Assembly: GCA_018304465.1 (NCBI GenBank)
Contig: JAGVWC010000008.1
Span: 32,001-96,000 of the forward strand
DNA length: 64,000 nt
Reading direction: 5' to 3'
Source: Candidatus Iainarchaeum sp.
GTDB lineage: Archaea; Iainarchaeota; Iainarchaeia; Iainarchaeales; JAGVWC01
Each line of letters begins with the position of its first letter. Within the stretch, counting starts at the first letter, position 1. A model generated the notes under the pieces. The model saw only the letters and a list, made by a program, of their open reading frames with translations, searched no databases and was not told the DNA's origin. Below are positions 29,889 to 40,363 of the stretch, one piece after another. Position numbers and translations under genes: made by a program.

Positions 29889-30983
29889 ATGACCGCTTTT
29901 GAAACCGCCGCTTTTCTTGTGACCTTTGCCGGACTCTTGATCGCCACGTACACCGACCTCAAACAACGCATCGTCGAAGACTACATTTCATACGGCATGA
30001 TCGGACTGGGACTCCTGATCCATTTGTGGGAAAGCCTTTCGCTTCACGATTGGTCTCCGTTTTACTACTCGCTTGGAATCGCCGCGGCCACGTTTTGCGG
30101 CGGATTCATTTTATGGCGACTGGGATTTTGGGCTGGCGGCGATGTCAAACTATTCACGGGAATCGCCGCGTTACTGCCGTTTCGACCCTTGTTTTTGACC
30201 GATCAAATCGGGCTTGCCGCAAACCCCGCGTTTCTGCCCATTTTTCCGCTCACGGTCCTCCTCTTTAGTTTGTTTGCCATGTTTCCCGTTGGAATCGCGC
30301 TTGCGGCCTACCGATTACACCAAAAACCAGCGGTGAAAAACAAAATCATCAAAGACCTCAAAGCCCAGATTCCCACCAACGCGTATTTTGCAGTGGCGGC
30401 CGCCGGACTCGTCGAAGCAAGCCAGGTGTATTTGAACAACTCGCTTTTTGCGATTGCAGGAATCCTCGTTTTTTTCGTGCTCCCCAAAAAAATCCGCCCT
30501 GTTGCCGCCGCCCTCGCGTTTGCAGCAGGAATCATCGCCAACACTCCCGAAGCGTTGGTGTCGGCCGCCACCACGTTTGTGGTGCTTGAAGCGCTGTCAC
30601 TCGTCTTTAAATTGTCTTTTTCCAAAGAAATTTTTCGAACCGAAAAACAGATCTCCAATCTGGCGGAGGGCGACATTGTCGCGACCACGATATACGAAAA
30701 AAACAACGAAATATTTGTGGAAAACAATCCCGACATCCAAACTATTATAAAGAACCTCAAAACACAAACTACTTCGAACGACCGGCGCATCATCTGCGCC
30801 AGTTACAATGCCGGAGGATTGGAAAACAACCAGATCCAAGAGCTTCAAATACTGGCAAAACAACAAAAAATCCCGTCCACGATCCTCGTCAAGGAATCCG
30901 CACCATTTGTTCCGGCCATTCTTGCGGGGTTCGTGCTGGCCAGCGTATTTGGAGAACTTCTGTGGAAAATCGTGATGCCATGA
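29889..30983 (+). CDS. prepilin peptidase, family A24 (EppA/PibD-like)
   Basis: YTDLKQRIV, WAGGDVKL catalytic aspartates, APFVPAI. Confidence 0.9.
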   Translation: MTAFETAAFLVTFAGLLIATYTDLKQRIVEDYISYGMIGLGLLIHLWESLSLHDWSPFYYSLGIAAATFCGGFILWRLGFWAGGDVKLFTGIAALLPFRPLFLTDQIGLAANPAFLPIFPLTVLLFSLFAMFPVGIALAAYRLHQKPAVKNKIIKDLKAQIPTNAYFAVAAAGLVEASQVYLNNSLFAIAGILVFFVLPKKIRPVAAALAFAAGIIANTPEALVSAATTFVVLEALSLVFKLSFSKEIFRTEKQISNLAEGDIVATTIYEKNNEIFVENNPDIQTIIKNLKTQTTSNDRRIICASYNAGGLENNQIQELQILAKQQKIPSTILVKESAPFVPAILAGFVLASVFGELLWKIVMP

Positions 30984-31435
30984 ACCAAAACGGACAACTC
31001 TCCATCGAATTCATGCTCATTCTCATCGTGTCCATCGTGTACATCAACACCGTTATTTTTCCGATGGTGGATTTCGGACAAACCACGTTAAACGAAATTT
31101 ATGGTCTGGGGCAAACCCGCATGGCCACCCAAAAAATCGTCAACACCATCAACTCGGTCGTGCTCCAAAGCTCCACTTCAAAGCAAATCATTTCCATGAC
31201 GCTTCCAAAAAACAGCCGGATTGAATGCGTCACCGCGCCCCAAAACGGAATCAAATTCACCTATACGCTTTCCGATATCGCCCAATCCTGCAGTGTCAGC
31301 ACGACGTGCACGCGAACCATTCCCGTTGAACTTCCACCCGGAGTCAGCCTCAACTGCGCGGGACTCGACTTTACCGGACCACGCCAAAACACGGTCACCA
31401 TCCGGTTCCAAGCCGACACGGTCCAGTTTTCGTGA
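30980..31435 (+). CDS. pilin-like protein
   Basis: MNQNG|QLSIEFMLILIV. Confidence 0.8.
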   Translation: MNQNGQLSIEFMLILIVSIVYINTVIFPMVDFGQTTLNEIYGLGQTRMATQKIVNTINSVVLQSSTSKQIISMTLPKNSRIECVTAPQNGIKFTYTLSDIAQSCSVSTTCTRTIPVELPPGVSLNCAGLDFTGPRQNTVTIRFQADTVQFS

Positions 31436-31446
31436 AGGGAAAAGCC

Positions 31447-31806
31447 ATGAAAAACCACGGACAAACCAGCATCGAAATGCTGGTGATCGCCATGTTCGTA
31501 TTGGGATTAACCGCGTATTTTACGACGCTCACGTACTCCGACAACAACGACACCCACGCGTTGTTGGTCGCCAAAACCCGCTTGCTTGAAAAAATCAACG
31601 GCCAAGACAAAACCTTCGTGCTGGTCAATATCCAACTCGACCGAAGCGCACCCGGACAACTGATCATCAACGCGAGCACGGTTCCCGCCACCCTCAAAAA
31701 AACCGGTGCCGGAAACCCCGGAGACACCACCATTCCGGTGAACGACATCGAAACCGAAATCAAAATCCGAACCGGCGACACCATCGTCCAAATCAACCTT
31801 AACTGA
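31447..31806 (+). CDS. pilin-like protein
   Basis: MKNHG|QTSIEMLVIAMF. Confidence 0.78.
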   Translation: MKNHGQTSIEMLVIAMFVLGLTAYFTTLTYSDNNDTHALLVAKTRLLEKINGQDKTFVLVNIQLDRSAPGQLIINASTVPATLKKTGAGNPGDTTIPVNDIETEIKIRTGDTIVQINLN

Positions 31807-31862
31807 TTCGACCATCGACGGAAAAACCAGGCTTCAAAAAACACCCCCGTTCTTTTTCCTCT

Positions 31863-32210
31863 ATGCCCTGGCCCGAACCCCTCGTGATCACGTGCATTGG
31901 ATTTTCGGTTCTGGGAATTCTGTGCATTGCATTTCTGTTCCAACACCCGGATCCGCCCGTCACCGCCATCGAAAACCTATTCGAATTGGAAGCCAACACG
32001 CCCGTCACCGTGGACGCAACCATCGCCACCATCCGATACCGATTCCACGGAACAACACTTGAAATCGAAGATCAAAACCACGTCATCAGCGCCACGTCAT
32101 TCGAAATACTGGATGTGAACATCGGACAACGCGTCCGCATCACCGGAAAAATAAACAAAACCGGCGAACAACCCAAAATCGAAATCAAAACCGTGGTTCC
32201 GCGTGATTGA
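31863..32210 (+). CDS. membrane-anchored OB-fold protein
   Basis: N-terminal TM; VTVDATI...LEIED...GQRVRITGKI. Confidence 0.6.
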   Translation: MPWPEPLVITCIGFSVLGILCIAFLFQHPDPPVTAIENLFELEANTPVTVDATIATIRYRFHGTTLEIEDQNHVISATSFEILDVNIGQRVRITGKINKTGEQPKIEIKTVVPRD

Positions 32211-33384
32211 AGAAATCGCCGGCCTCATACTCGGCCTTGGAAGCGGCCTTTTGAGCGGATTATTTCCCGGAATTCACTTAAACACCATCAGCCAATGGAT
32301 CGTCCGATTGGAACCGTCTTCTGAACTGGCCGCGGTTTTTTTCATCGTGGCCATGAACACCATGCACACCTACTGTGACTTCATTCCGAGCATTCTGCTT
32401 GGGGCACCGAACGAATCCAATTATTTGACCGCGCTGCCCGGCCACAAATTGTTCCTGCGCGGAAAAGCACTCGACGCCATCGAAGACAGCATCACAGGCG
32501 CCTTGATCGGAACCGGAATCGCGATTTTGTTCATCCCGGTTTTTTTACAAATCACCGAACAAACCAAAACAATGCTGCCCAAACTCATTCCGATCGTTTT
32601 GATCCTGACGACCATTGGAATGATCCACAGCGAAAAAACAACCGGCCGAAAAATTGCCGCGGTGCTGGTCACGATTCTTTCCGCAACACTCGGAGAACTC
32701 GCATTACACGGGTACTCCGACGCTTTGTTCCCCTTGGTCACGGGTTTTTTCGGGATCTCGACGTTATCGCTTTCGTATTTTGAAACCCACCAACCCAAAC
32801 CCCAACGCCTTCGCACCACCCCAATGCCGATTGGAAAACTTTTTTTTCCCGCGGTGCTTGGAAGCCTCGGTGGAAGCCTCGTCAGTTTGTTTCCCGCGAT
32901 TGGACCCAGCCAAGCCGCTTTTACCGTCAGCCGCCTGAAAAAAACCTCGACGCGCCAATTCTTGGTGTTGCTTTCAAGTCTTTCCAGCGCCTCGATGATT
33001 TACTCGTTTGTCGCGCTTTTTGCGCTCAACAAAGCCCGCACCGGCTCCGCGGCCGCGCTTCAAAGCATCACGACTTTTTCCCTTTTCGAATTTGAAACCA
33101 GCATTGGAATCATCCTGCTGTGCACCGGAATTGCTGGAATCACTTCGCTTTTTTTATCCCGACGACTTTTATCCCTCATTCAATCCACGGATTTTCGAAG
33201 CATCACCCTTGGAACCATCGGACTGTTGCTGTTGCTCGTTTTTTGGTGGCACGGATGGAACGGACTACTCTTGTGCCTGACCGCAACCAGCATCGGAATC
33301 CTGTGTCCCAGACTCCACATAAAACGCAGCCACTGCATGGCGTTCCTGGTTCTTCCCACACTACTGTATTATATCCGTTTTTGA
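32203..33384 (+). CDS. TctA-like (DUF112) membrane protein
   Basis: GLFPGIHLN, DFIPSILLGAP, LPGH, KARTG. Confidence 0.85.
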   Translation: MIEEIAGLILGLGSGLLSGLFPGIHLNTISQWIVRLEPSSELAAVFFIVAMNTMHTYCDFIPSILLGAPNESNYLTALPGHKLFLRGKALDAIEDSITGALIGTGIAILFIPVFLQITEQTKTMLPKLIPIVLILTTIGMIHSEKTTGRKIAAVLVTILSATLGELALHGYSDALFPLVTGFFGISTLSLSYFETHQPKPQRLRTTPMPIGKLFFPAVLGSLGGSLVSLFPAIGPSQAAFTVSRLKKTSTRQFLVLLSSLSSASMIYSFVALFALNKARTGSAAALQSITTFSLFEFETSIGIILLCTGIAGITSLFLSRRLLSLIQSTDFRSITLGTIGLLLLLVFWWHGWNGLLLCLTATSIGILCPRLHIKRSHCMAFLVLPTLLYYIRF

Positions 33385-33400
33385 GTCCCTTCGATATACC

Positions 33401-33787
33401 ATGGCCTGGAAAATAAAACACACAGTGGTTCACGCCATTTTAGAATCCGCCAAACACACTTACCCCGACGAATTCATCGCGCTCTTGGGCGGAAACAACA
33501 AAGAACAAACCATCACCGAACTCGTGATTTTACCCGCGATTTTCGGAAGCGAACACGCCGAGCTTCGAACCGACTTGCTGCCCTTTAACGCCAACACGGT
33601 CGGAAGCATTCACTCGCATCCCGGTTACTCCAACCGGCCTTCTCCCGAAGACCTCGACACCTTTGCCGAACTCGGACCGATTCACCTGATCGTATGCGAA
33701 CCGTTTACCGAACACAACATGGCGGCATATGACCAAAACGGGCGCAAAATCCAGCTGCAAATCGTTTCCGAAATCCAGCAAAAATAA
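33401..33787 (+). CDS. JAMM/MPN+ metalloprotease
   Basis: YPDEF Glu; GSIHSHP...PSPEDL. Confidence 0.9.
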   Translation: MAWKIKHTVVHAILESAKHTYPDEFIALLGGNNKEQTITELVILPAIFGSEHAELRTDLLPFNANTVGSIHSHPGYSNRPSPEDLDTFAELGPIHLIVCEPFTEHNMAAYDQNGRKIQLQIVSEIQQK

Positions 33788-33822
33788 GTATTTATACCCG
33801 AAACGCCTATCTACTCCTTAGA

Positions 33823-34272
33823 ATGAGAGGACAGATTTCCCTTGAACTGATTTTGGCGCTCATTGTCGTGCTCGTCACGATATCCGTATTCACGGGATTC
33901 AACGACATCATCGGCCAAAGCCAAAACAACCTCTCGCTCCAAAACCAAGGAAAACTCGCGGTGATCCGGCTTCGAAGCGAACTCGCGCAACTGGCTGTTT
34001 ACAGCGATCAAACCACCCTCCGCGTAACGCTTACCACCGAAATACCCAAAAACCAGTTTCCAAAACCCGCGGACAGCTGCTCGATCATCATCGATCAACC
34101 CAACCAAAAAATCACGTTTATTTTCGAAAACAAAGCCGTCACGCCTTGCAACATAAACGACCCCAAACAATGCACCCGCATTCAAATCGAAAAACCCGCC
34201 GTGATCTCCGCCGGATACACGATTCCAAACAGCATCAATTGCGGCGAAAACATCGTGATCGACAAGGTATAA
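33823..34272 (+). CDS. pilin-like protein
   Basis: MRG|QISLELILALIVV. Confidence 0.78.
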   Translation: MRGQISLELILALIVVLVTISVFTGFNDIIGQSQNNLSLQNQGKLAVIRLRSELAQLAVYSDQTTLRVTLTTEIPKNQFPKPADSCSIIIDQPNQKITFIFENKAVTPCNINDPKQCTRIQIEKPAVISAGYTIPNSINCGENIVIDKV

Positions 34273-34276
34273 CCCT

Positions 34277-34765
34277 ATGACCAAAGGACAACTCTTTTCC
34301 ATTGATTTTTTGCTGGCCACCGCGCTCTTGATGCTCGCCATCGGCGCCCAACTCAAACTGGTTCAAATCCAAACCGTGGACCAACAAGAATACATCAACC
34401 AAATCGAACTCGAAGCCGTCGGACAAACCGCCGCGACGCTGTTCTTAACCAACCCCGCGGTCACTTGTCCCATCACCACAAGTACCGGAACCACACTTTT
34501 CCACCTCAACGGATGCGTGATCACACCCCATGTGCCGACCTCGACGGAACTCGGAATTCCCGCGGGCTACGGGTTTAACATCCAAGGACCCACCGGATAC
34601 GTTCAAGGCACCGCCATTCCTTCCGACCGACCGATCTACACCACCCAAGTGGACGCCATTTCCAACGCGGCCGCACAAATGCCCAAACTCCAATTAGACG
34701 GATGTTTAACCAACGGATGCGCGGCCATTCGATCAACATTTACCCTCACGGTGTGGAAAACATGA
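34277..34765 (+). CDS. minor pilin-like protein
   Basis: MTKG|QLFSIDFLLA. Confidence 0.72.
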   Translation: MTKGQLFSIDFLLATALLMLAIGAQLKLVQIQTVDQQEYINQIELEAVGQTAATLFLTNPAVTCPITTSTGTTLFHLNGCVITPHVPTSTELGIPAGYGFNIQGPTGYVQGTAIPSDRPIYTTQVDAISNAAAQMPKLQLDGCLTNGCAAIRSTFTLTVWKT

Positions 34766-35049
34766 AACAACCCAAAGGATTCATTTTCACGATTGACGCG
34801 CTCATCGGCATCGCGGCCATTCTCGCGCTCATCGCATTGGCGGCGATCGCATACCCCGCCCAAAGCCCGCGCGAAGAAAAAAACTGGTATCACGCCCAAA
34901 TCCTTTTCAAAACCCACCAACAATTCCTCACCAACCCGACCGCTGTCACCCACGCGGTTCCCAGCGTCGACAATTATTTTTGTCAAAACTACGTGCGATG
35001 GACCCCCACGGCATATACTCCGATTCGATTCTGTCAGGCGACGCCATGA
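34762..35049 (+). CDS. minor pilin-like protein
   Basis: ATGA overlap; PKG|FIFTIDALIG. Confidence 0.72.
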   Translation: MKQPKGFIFTIDALIGIAAILALIALAAIAYPAQSPREEKNWYHAQILFKTHQQFLTNPTAVTHAVPSVDNYFCQNYVRWTPTAYTPIRFCQATP

Positions 35050-35564
35050 ACCAAAAAGGATTGCTCACGGAAACCATTGCGGTACTCGGCATCCTGCTGC
35101 TTGCCATCACGATCGCGCAACAACCTATTCAATCCATCGAAAAAGATTCCTTATCGCGCCACAACACCCAAGGAATCCAAACCATTTTGCTTCAAGACAA
35201 CATCCGCGCGGTGTTGGACAAAGCCACCACCATGGGACTTGCCACCAACGCGCAGGCCAACGGATGCGCCATCAATTCCGCGACACTGGCAACAGACGTG
35301 CTCAACGCGTTCCAGACGGCCAAAGCACCGTACAATCTTCCGTCGTGCGGCTACGCCAATGTCAACGTGCAATACAACGACGGAACAGGCGTCGGAACCG
35401 TTCAATTCGATTTGTTCTGCGCTTCCACGTACCAAAGCCTCGTGAAACGCACCGAAAACCAAAAACGATTCAGCCGCACGAGCATCACGCCCTGCGTCTT
35501 TTCGATCATTGACAATTATTCCAACCAAGCCGATCTTGCCTGCAACGCGAGCAATTGCAGTTAA
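35046..35564 (+). CDS. pilin-like protein
   Basis: ATGA overlap; QKG|LLTETIAVLGILLL. Confidence 0.65.
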   Translation: MNQKGLLTETIAVLGILLLAITIAQQPIQSIEKDSLSRHNTQGIQTILLQDNIRAVLDKATTMGLATNAQANGCAINSATLATDVLNAFQTAKAPYNLPSCGYANVNVQYNDGTGVGTVQFDLFCASTYQSLVKRTENQKRFSRTSITPCVFSIIDNYSNQADLACNASNCS

Positions 35565-35629
35565 GCCTTTTCCCTAATCAAAAAAAAGATCCTATATAAA
35601 TTGCCACCAACAGTTATTGTGGTGACCAC

Positions 35630-35839
35630 TTGAAAACAACCGCCAAACTCGCGCTCATGATCGGCGCCATTCTTCTGATCGGATTCATCGTACTGGCCTA
35701 CGACACCCAAATGGATTATGCCCAACAAGGCCAAACCCCGCTTTCCGAGCACCCGAATGCACGACTAGCATCAACCTCCTTCCAAAGCACCTCATTAGAA
35801 CCCGCCTCCATCAAAGTCCAAAACGTCCTCCTGCCGTAA
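35630..35839 (+). CDS. small membrane/secreted hypothetical protein
   Basis: TATATAAA and GGTGA upstream; N-terminal hydrophobic helix. Confidence 0.55.
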   Translation: MKTTAKLALMIGAILLIGFIVLAYDTQMDYAQQGQTPLSEHPNARLASTSFQSTSLEPASIKVQNVLLP

Positions 35840-35906
35840 CGGCAGGGGGGCCACCCCTTTAATTCCAAAACTGGCTTTTAACCTTTTCCCTTGACTGATT
35901 TCCTAT

Positions 35907-37694
35907 ATGTATACCGAGGCCAAAAAACGCATCGCCGTCATTGACTACGACCAATGCCACCCGCGCAAATGCGGCGGATGGTACTGCGAACAAGTATGTC
36001 CCGTGAACCGGTCCGGTACCGAATGCATCGTCCACGAAGACGAAAAACAACCCAACATCATCGAAGAAACCTGCATCGGATGCCTCATTTGCGTAAAAAA
36101 ATGTCCGTTTGACGCGATATCCGTCGTCAACCTATCCATCGATCCCGGCGATCCGCTGCACCAGTTTGACAAAAACCAATTCCGGTTACACGGATTCCCG
36201 CTTCCGCGAAACAACGAAGTGGTCGGAATCATCGGACAAAACGGCATCGGAAAAACCACCGCGCTCAAAATACTCTCCGGACGACTAGTTCCAAACCTCG
36301 GAAAATACGACCAACCCGCCACCTGGGACGCGGTCGCCGAAAAATACCGGGGAAAAGAAGCGTTCGCCATTTTTGACCAATTGCACCAAAACAAATTATC
36401 AGTCGCCTTCAAACCCCAACAAGTCGACAAGTTACCCCAATCCGAAAAAGGAAAAGTCAAAGAACTTCTTTCGAAAGTCGACGAAACCAACGGCTATGAC
36501 GCCGTCATCCAAACACTGGGCCTTGAAAACATTCTGGAACGCACCTTAGATCAATTATCCGGCGGAGAACTCCAAAAAATCGCGATCGCGGCCACCGCGC
36601 TTCGAAACGCCGACGTCTACTTTTTTGACGAACCCTCGAGTTTTCTCGACATATCCCAACGCATGGGAATCGCGCAATTCATCCGAAACCTCGCCCAAAC
36701 CGGAAAAAGCGTCATCGTGGTTGAACACGACTTGATTCTGTTGGACTACTTGTCCGACAAAGTGCACTTAATGTACGGAAAACCGTCGGTATTTGGAATC
36801 GTATCCCAAATCAAAAACAGCCGCGAAGGCATCAACGAATACCTCGAAGGATACTCGCGCGAAGAAAACTATCGTTTTCGCGATCACTCCATCGAATTCT
36901 TCGGAAAAAGCGCCAAAAACGACAAAACCGCAAAACCCCTTTTTTCGTATCCCGCACTGAAAAAAACACTCGGAGCATTCTCCTTGGACATCGAAGCGGG
37001 AAGCCTCAACCGTCACGAAGTCATCGGAGTACTCGGACCCAATGGCATCGGAAAAACCACGTTCGTCAAAATACTCGCGGGACAACTGGACGCCGACAAC
37101 CAAAAACTCGAACAGAAACTATCCATCGCGTACAAACCCCAGTACATCCAGCCGCCCGAAGAAGAACAAACCGTCGAAGAACTCATATCCAAAGAAACCA
37201 AAGGCGCAGACCTTGAAACCCTCAAACGCACCTTGTTCGGACCCCTCGACGTACTCGGGCTCTGGCCCAAAAACGTAAACCACTTATCCGGCGGAGAACT
37301 CCAACGATTGGCCATCGGACTCACCTTGGCCAAAGACAGCCAACTGATTCTGTTAGACGAACCCAGCGCCTACCTGGATGTGGAACAACGCATCAAAATC
37401 GCAAAAACCATCCGCAGCACCACCGAACAAAGCGGAAAAACATGCCTGGTTGTCGACCACGACCTCATGTTCATCGACTACTTAAGCGACCGCCTCATGG
37501 TGTTTGACGGAACCCCCGCGGTTCACGGAACCTGCCGCGGACCCTTTACCATGGAAGCGGGAATGAACAAACTCCTGTCCAAAATGCAGATCACATTGCG
37601 GCGCGACCACGCCACAAGACGCCCCCGCATCAACAAACACGGAAGCCAACTGGATTCCGAGCAAAAACAAAGCGGAAAATATTATTATACTTGA
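35907..37694 (+). CDS. abce1: ABCE1/RLI ribosome recycling ATPase
   Basis: N-terminal Fe-S Cys clusters, GxNGIGKT twice, LSGGELQ twice, RPRINK. Confidence 0.96.
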   Translation: MYTEAKKRIAVIDYDQCHPRKCGGWYCEQVCPVNRSGTECIVHEDEKQPNIIEETCIGCLICVKKCPFDAISVVNLSIDPGDPLHQFDKNQFRLHGFPLPRNNEVVGIIGQNGIGKTTALKILSGRLVPNLGKYDQPATWDAVAEKYRGKEAFAIFDQLHQNKLSVAFKPQQVDKLPQSEKGKVKELLSKVDETNGYDAVIQTLGLENILERTLDQLSGGELQKIAIAATALRNADVYFFDEPSSFLDISQRMGIAQFIRNLAQTGKSVIVVEHDLILLDYLSDKVHLMYGKPSVFGIVSQIKNSREGINEYLEGYSREENYRFRDHSIEFFGKSAKNDKTAKPLFSYPALKKTLGAFSLDIEAGSLNRHEVIGVLGPNGIGKTTFVKILAGQLDADNQKLEQKLSIAYKPQYIQPPEEEQTVEELISKETKGADLETLKRTLFGPLDVLGLWPKNVNHLSGGELQRLAIGLTLAKDSQLILLDEPSAYLDVEQRIKIAKTIRSTTEQSGKTCLVVDHDLMFIDYLSDRLMVFDGTPAVHGTCRGPFTMEAGMNKLLSKMQITLRRDHATRRPRINKHGSQLDSEQKQSGKYYYT

Positions 37695-37717
37695 ATCCCC
37701 ATTGCATAGCGGTCGCC

Positions 37718-38767
37718 ATGAAAATCAAAAGTATCAATCCCAAAGAACACTACCTCAAAGTCGTTCCCGAAATACTCGATGATTTATGGCATTTGGAACA
37801 AGTCATCGAAGAAGGCGACATCGTCTCCGGAATCACCGATCGAAAAATCAAAGGCCGCGACGACAATCAAAAAAGCCAACGCGTCACCTTGTACGTTTCC
37901 ATCATGGTCGAAACCGCCGCGTTCCAAGAATACTCCGGCGTCCTCAAAGTCAACGGAACCGTCACCGAATCCAAACCCGAAGAACTCGCCCCCCTCAAAA
38001 GCCACCAATCCATCGATTTTGAACCCGCAAAAGAAATTCGAATCCAAAAAAAAGAATGGAAAAACTATCAAATCGAACGATTGAAAAAAGCCGAAAAAGC
38101 CACGACCAAACTCGCGACACTTTTGGTCGTGTTTGACGACGAAACCGCGACGTTTGGACTGCTCAAAGAATTCGACGTCCAAGCCGCAGGAAGCATCAGC
38201 GGCCGAAAAATCGGAAAACACTTCATTGAAAAAGACGATTCCAAAACCAGTTACTTTAACGACATCATTCAAAAAACAAAAGAAATGAAACCCGAATCCA
38301 TCGTGTTTGCCGGACCGGGTTTCACCAAAGAAGAATTCCAAAAATACTTAAAAGAAAAAAACCAAAAACTCGCCAACCAAGTGTATTTTGAAACCACCAA
38401 TCAAACCGGAGTCACGGGATTATCCGAACTCGTCAAAAGCGGCACCCTCGAAAAACTCGTGCACGAAGCCCAAATTCTCCAAGACACCCAAACCGTGGAA
38501 AGATTCCTCACCGAAATCGGACGCCAATCCGGCCTCGCCGAATACGGATTCGAACACGTCCAAAACGCGGTAAACGAAGGATCCGTATCCGAATTACTCC
38601 TGGTGGACTCCGAGCTAGCCAGCAAAAAAAAAGCCTTTGAAAACGTGATGAAAACCGCGGAAAACCTCGGCGCCAAAGTTCATTTGCTCCACGCCAAAAC
38701 CGATCCCGGAAAAAAAATACTCGGATTCGGCGGAATCGTCGCGTTACTGCGCTACAAACGCAGATAA
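37718..38767 (+). CDS. pelA: Pelota mRNA surveillance protein
   Basis: DDLWHL, AGPGFTK, FGGIVALLRY. Confidence 0.94.
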   Translation: MKIKSINPKEHYLKVVPEILDDLWHLEQVIEEGDIVSGITDRKIKGRDDNQKSQRVTLYVSIMVETAAFQEYSGVLKVNGTVTESKPEELAPLKSHQSIDFEPAKEIRIQKKEWKNYQIERLKKAEKATTKLATLLVVFDDETATFGLLKEFDVQAAGSISGRKIGKHFIEKDDSKTSYFNDIIQKTKEMKPESIVFAGPGFTKEEFQKYLKEKNQKLANQVYFETTNQTGVTGLSELVKSGTLEKLVHEAQILQDTQTVERFLTEIGRQSGLAEYGFEHVQNAVNEGSVSELLLVDSELASKKKAFENVMKTAENLGAKVHLLHAKTDPGKKILGFGGIVALLRYKRR

Positions 38768-38809
38768 ACACGAGCTATTTTTAACCAGTTCCAAAAACAA
38801 AAAGCGAAT

Positions 38810-40360
38810 ATGGGCTTTGAAGTGCACGAAGAATGCGGAATCGCCGCAGTCGCGCTGTTAAAACCCGCGGCCACCCACGCACCGCAACAACTCTTCAATC
38901 TCCTGCTGCAAATGCAAAACCGCGGACAACTCTCCGCCGGAATCACGACCTATAACCCCAAACGCCTACGCTTGCTTGAAACCCACCGCGGACTCGGACT
39001 GGTCAAAGAAGCGTTTTCCACCGCAAACCCCCCCAAACACGATCACCTCATGCACCGCTTATCCGGAAACCGCGGCATCGGACACGTGCGATACTCCACT
39101 TTCGGAAGCGACAACGCCCTGTACGCGCAACCATTCGAACGATTCCACGGCCGCACCTGGAAATGGTTCTCATTTGCGTTTAACGGAAACCTCGCTAATT
39201 ACTGGGATTTACGCGCGGAACTCGAACAAAAAAAATACCATTTCCAGCTCGAAAGCGACACCGAAGTCATGATGCACCATCTTGCGTTTCAAAACCGCGG
39301 AGACACCAAACCCGACGTCGTGGACGCGTTCAAAGGAATCGCCGAAAAATTCGACGGCGCATACAACATTGTTTACCAAAACGCGGACGGCGAACTCGTC
39401 GCAAGCCGGGACCCGAACGGAATCAAACCGCTGTCGTTTGGACAAAACGAAACCCTTTTCGCGGCGGCAAGCGAAAGCGTCGCGCTTGAAAGCGCCGCAT
39501 TGGACGCGATCGAAAACATAAACCCCGGCGAACTCGTGCGCGTAACGCAAGATGGAACCGTAGAAAAAAAAAGATTCGCACCCAAAACCCAAAAAAAAGT
39601 ATGCATGTTCGAATTCGTGTATTTTTCACAATCCATGTCCAATATCGACGGCCGCAACGTGTACGAAAGCCGCTACGAGATGGGTCGTCAACTCGCCAAA
39701 AACGAACCCCTCACGTTCGGAGCCGACTGCGTCGTGGTGCCCGTGCCCGACACCGCCAAACCCGTCGCGGACGCCTACGGATTCGAACTGGGACTACCGG
39801 TATTGCAAGGACTCGTCAAAAACGATTACATCGGACGCACCTTTATCGAAAGTGCCGACCGCGACGCCAAAGTACTCGCCAAATTCGCGCTCAACAAACG
39901 CCTCATTGAAGGAAAAAAAGTGATTCTCGTGGAAGACAGCATCGTTCGCGGCACCACCACCAAAGCCATCGTGCGCATCCTAAAAACCCGCGGCAACGCA
40001 AAAGAAGTGCACGTGCGCAGCGCCTGCCCGCCCATCATCCACCCGTGCTTTTACGGCATTGATTTTTCCACCACGAAAGAACTCATTGCGGGACGACACC
40101 GCACAAACCCCGAATCCGTGGGAACCGGAATCACCGAAGCGGAAGAAAACGCAATCCAACACGAAATCGGAGGCGATTCCCTGCATTATCAATCAATCGA
40201 AGGACTTGGAAAAGCGATCGGATTCGAAGACGGAGCAAAAAGCCTGTGTACCGCTTGCCTAGACGGAAAATACCCCACTCCGTGCGGACAAAAATTACTG
40301 CAAATCGCAAACGACAAACACAACACGTCGCCGGCCCGCACGTACCAGCAACGCGGATAA
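38810..40360 (+). CDS. purF: amidophosphoribosyltransferase
   Basis: EECG, QNRGQ, GHVRYST, VEDSIVRGTT, PCFYGIDF, CTAC. Confidence 0.95.
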   Translation: MGFEVHEECGIAAVALLKPAATHAPQQLFNLLLQMQNRGQLSAGITTYNPKRLRLLETHRGLGLVKEAFSTANPPKHDHLMHRLSGNRGIGHVRYSTFGSDNALYAQPFERFHGRTWKWFSFAFNGNLANYWDLRAELEQKKYHFQLESDTEVMMHHLAFQNRGDTKPDVVDAFKGIAEKFDGAYNIVYQNADGELVASRDPNGIKPLSFGQNETLFAAASESVALESAALDAIENINPGELVRVTQDGTVEKKRFAPKTQKKVCMFEFVYFSQSMSNIDGRNVYESRYEMGRQLAKNEPLTFGADCVVVPVPDTAKPVADAYGFELGLPVLQGLVKNDYIGRTFIESADRDAKVLAKFALNKRLIEGKKVILVEDSIVRGTTTKAIVRILKTRGNAKEVHVRSACPPIIHPCFYGIDFSTTKELIAGRHRTNPESVGTGITEAEENAIQHEIGGDSLHYQSIEGLGKAIGFEDGAKSLCTACLDGKYPTPCGQKLLQIANDKHNTSPARTYQQRG

Positions 40361-40363
40361 ACA

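Noticed and set aside
36555-37305. 21-nt repeat TTATCCGGCGGAGAACTCCAA in abce1
   Set aside because: Encodes the duplicated LSGGELQ motif; explained by protein constraint plus codon bias
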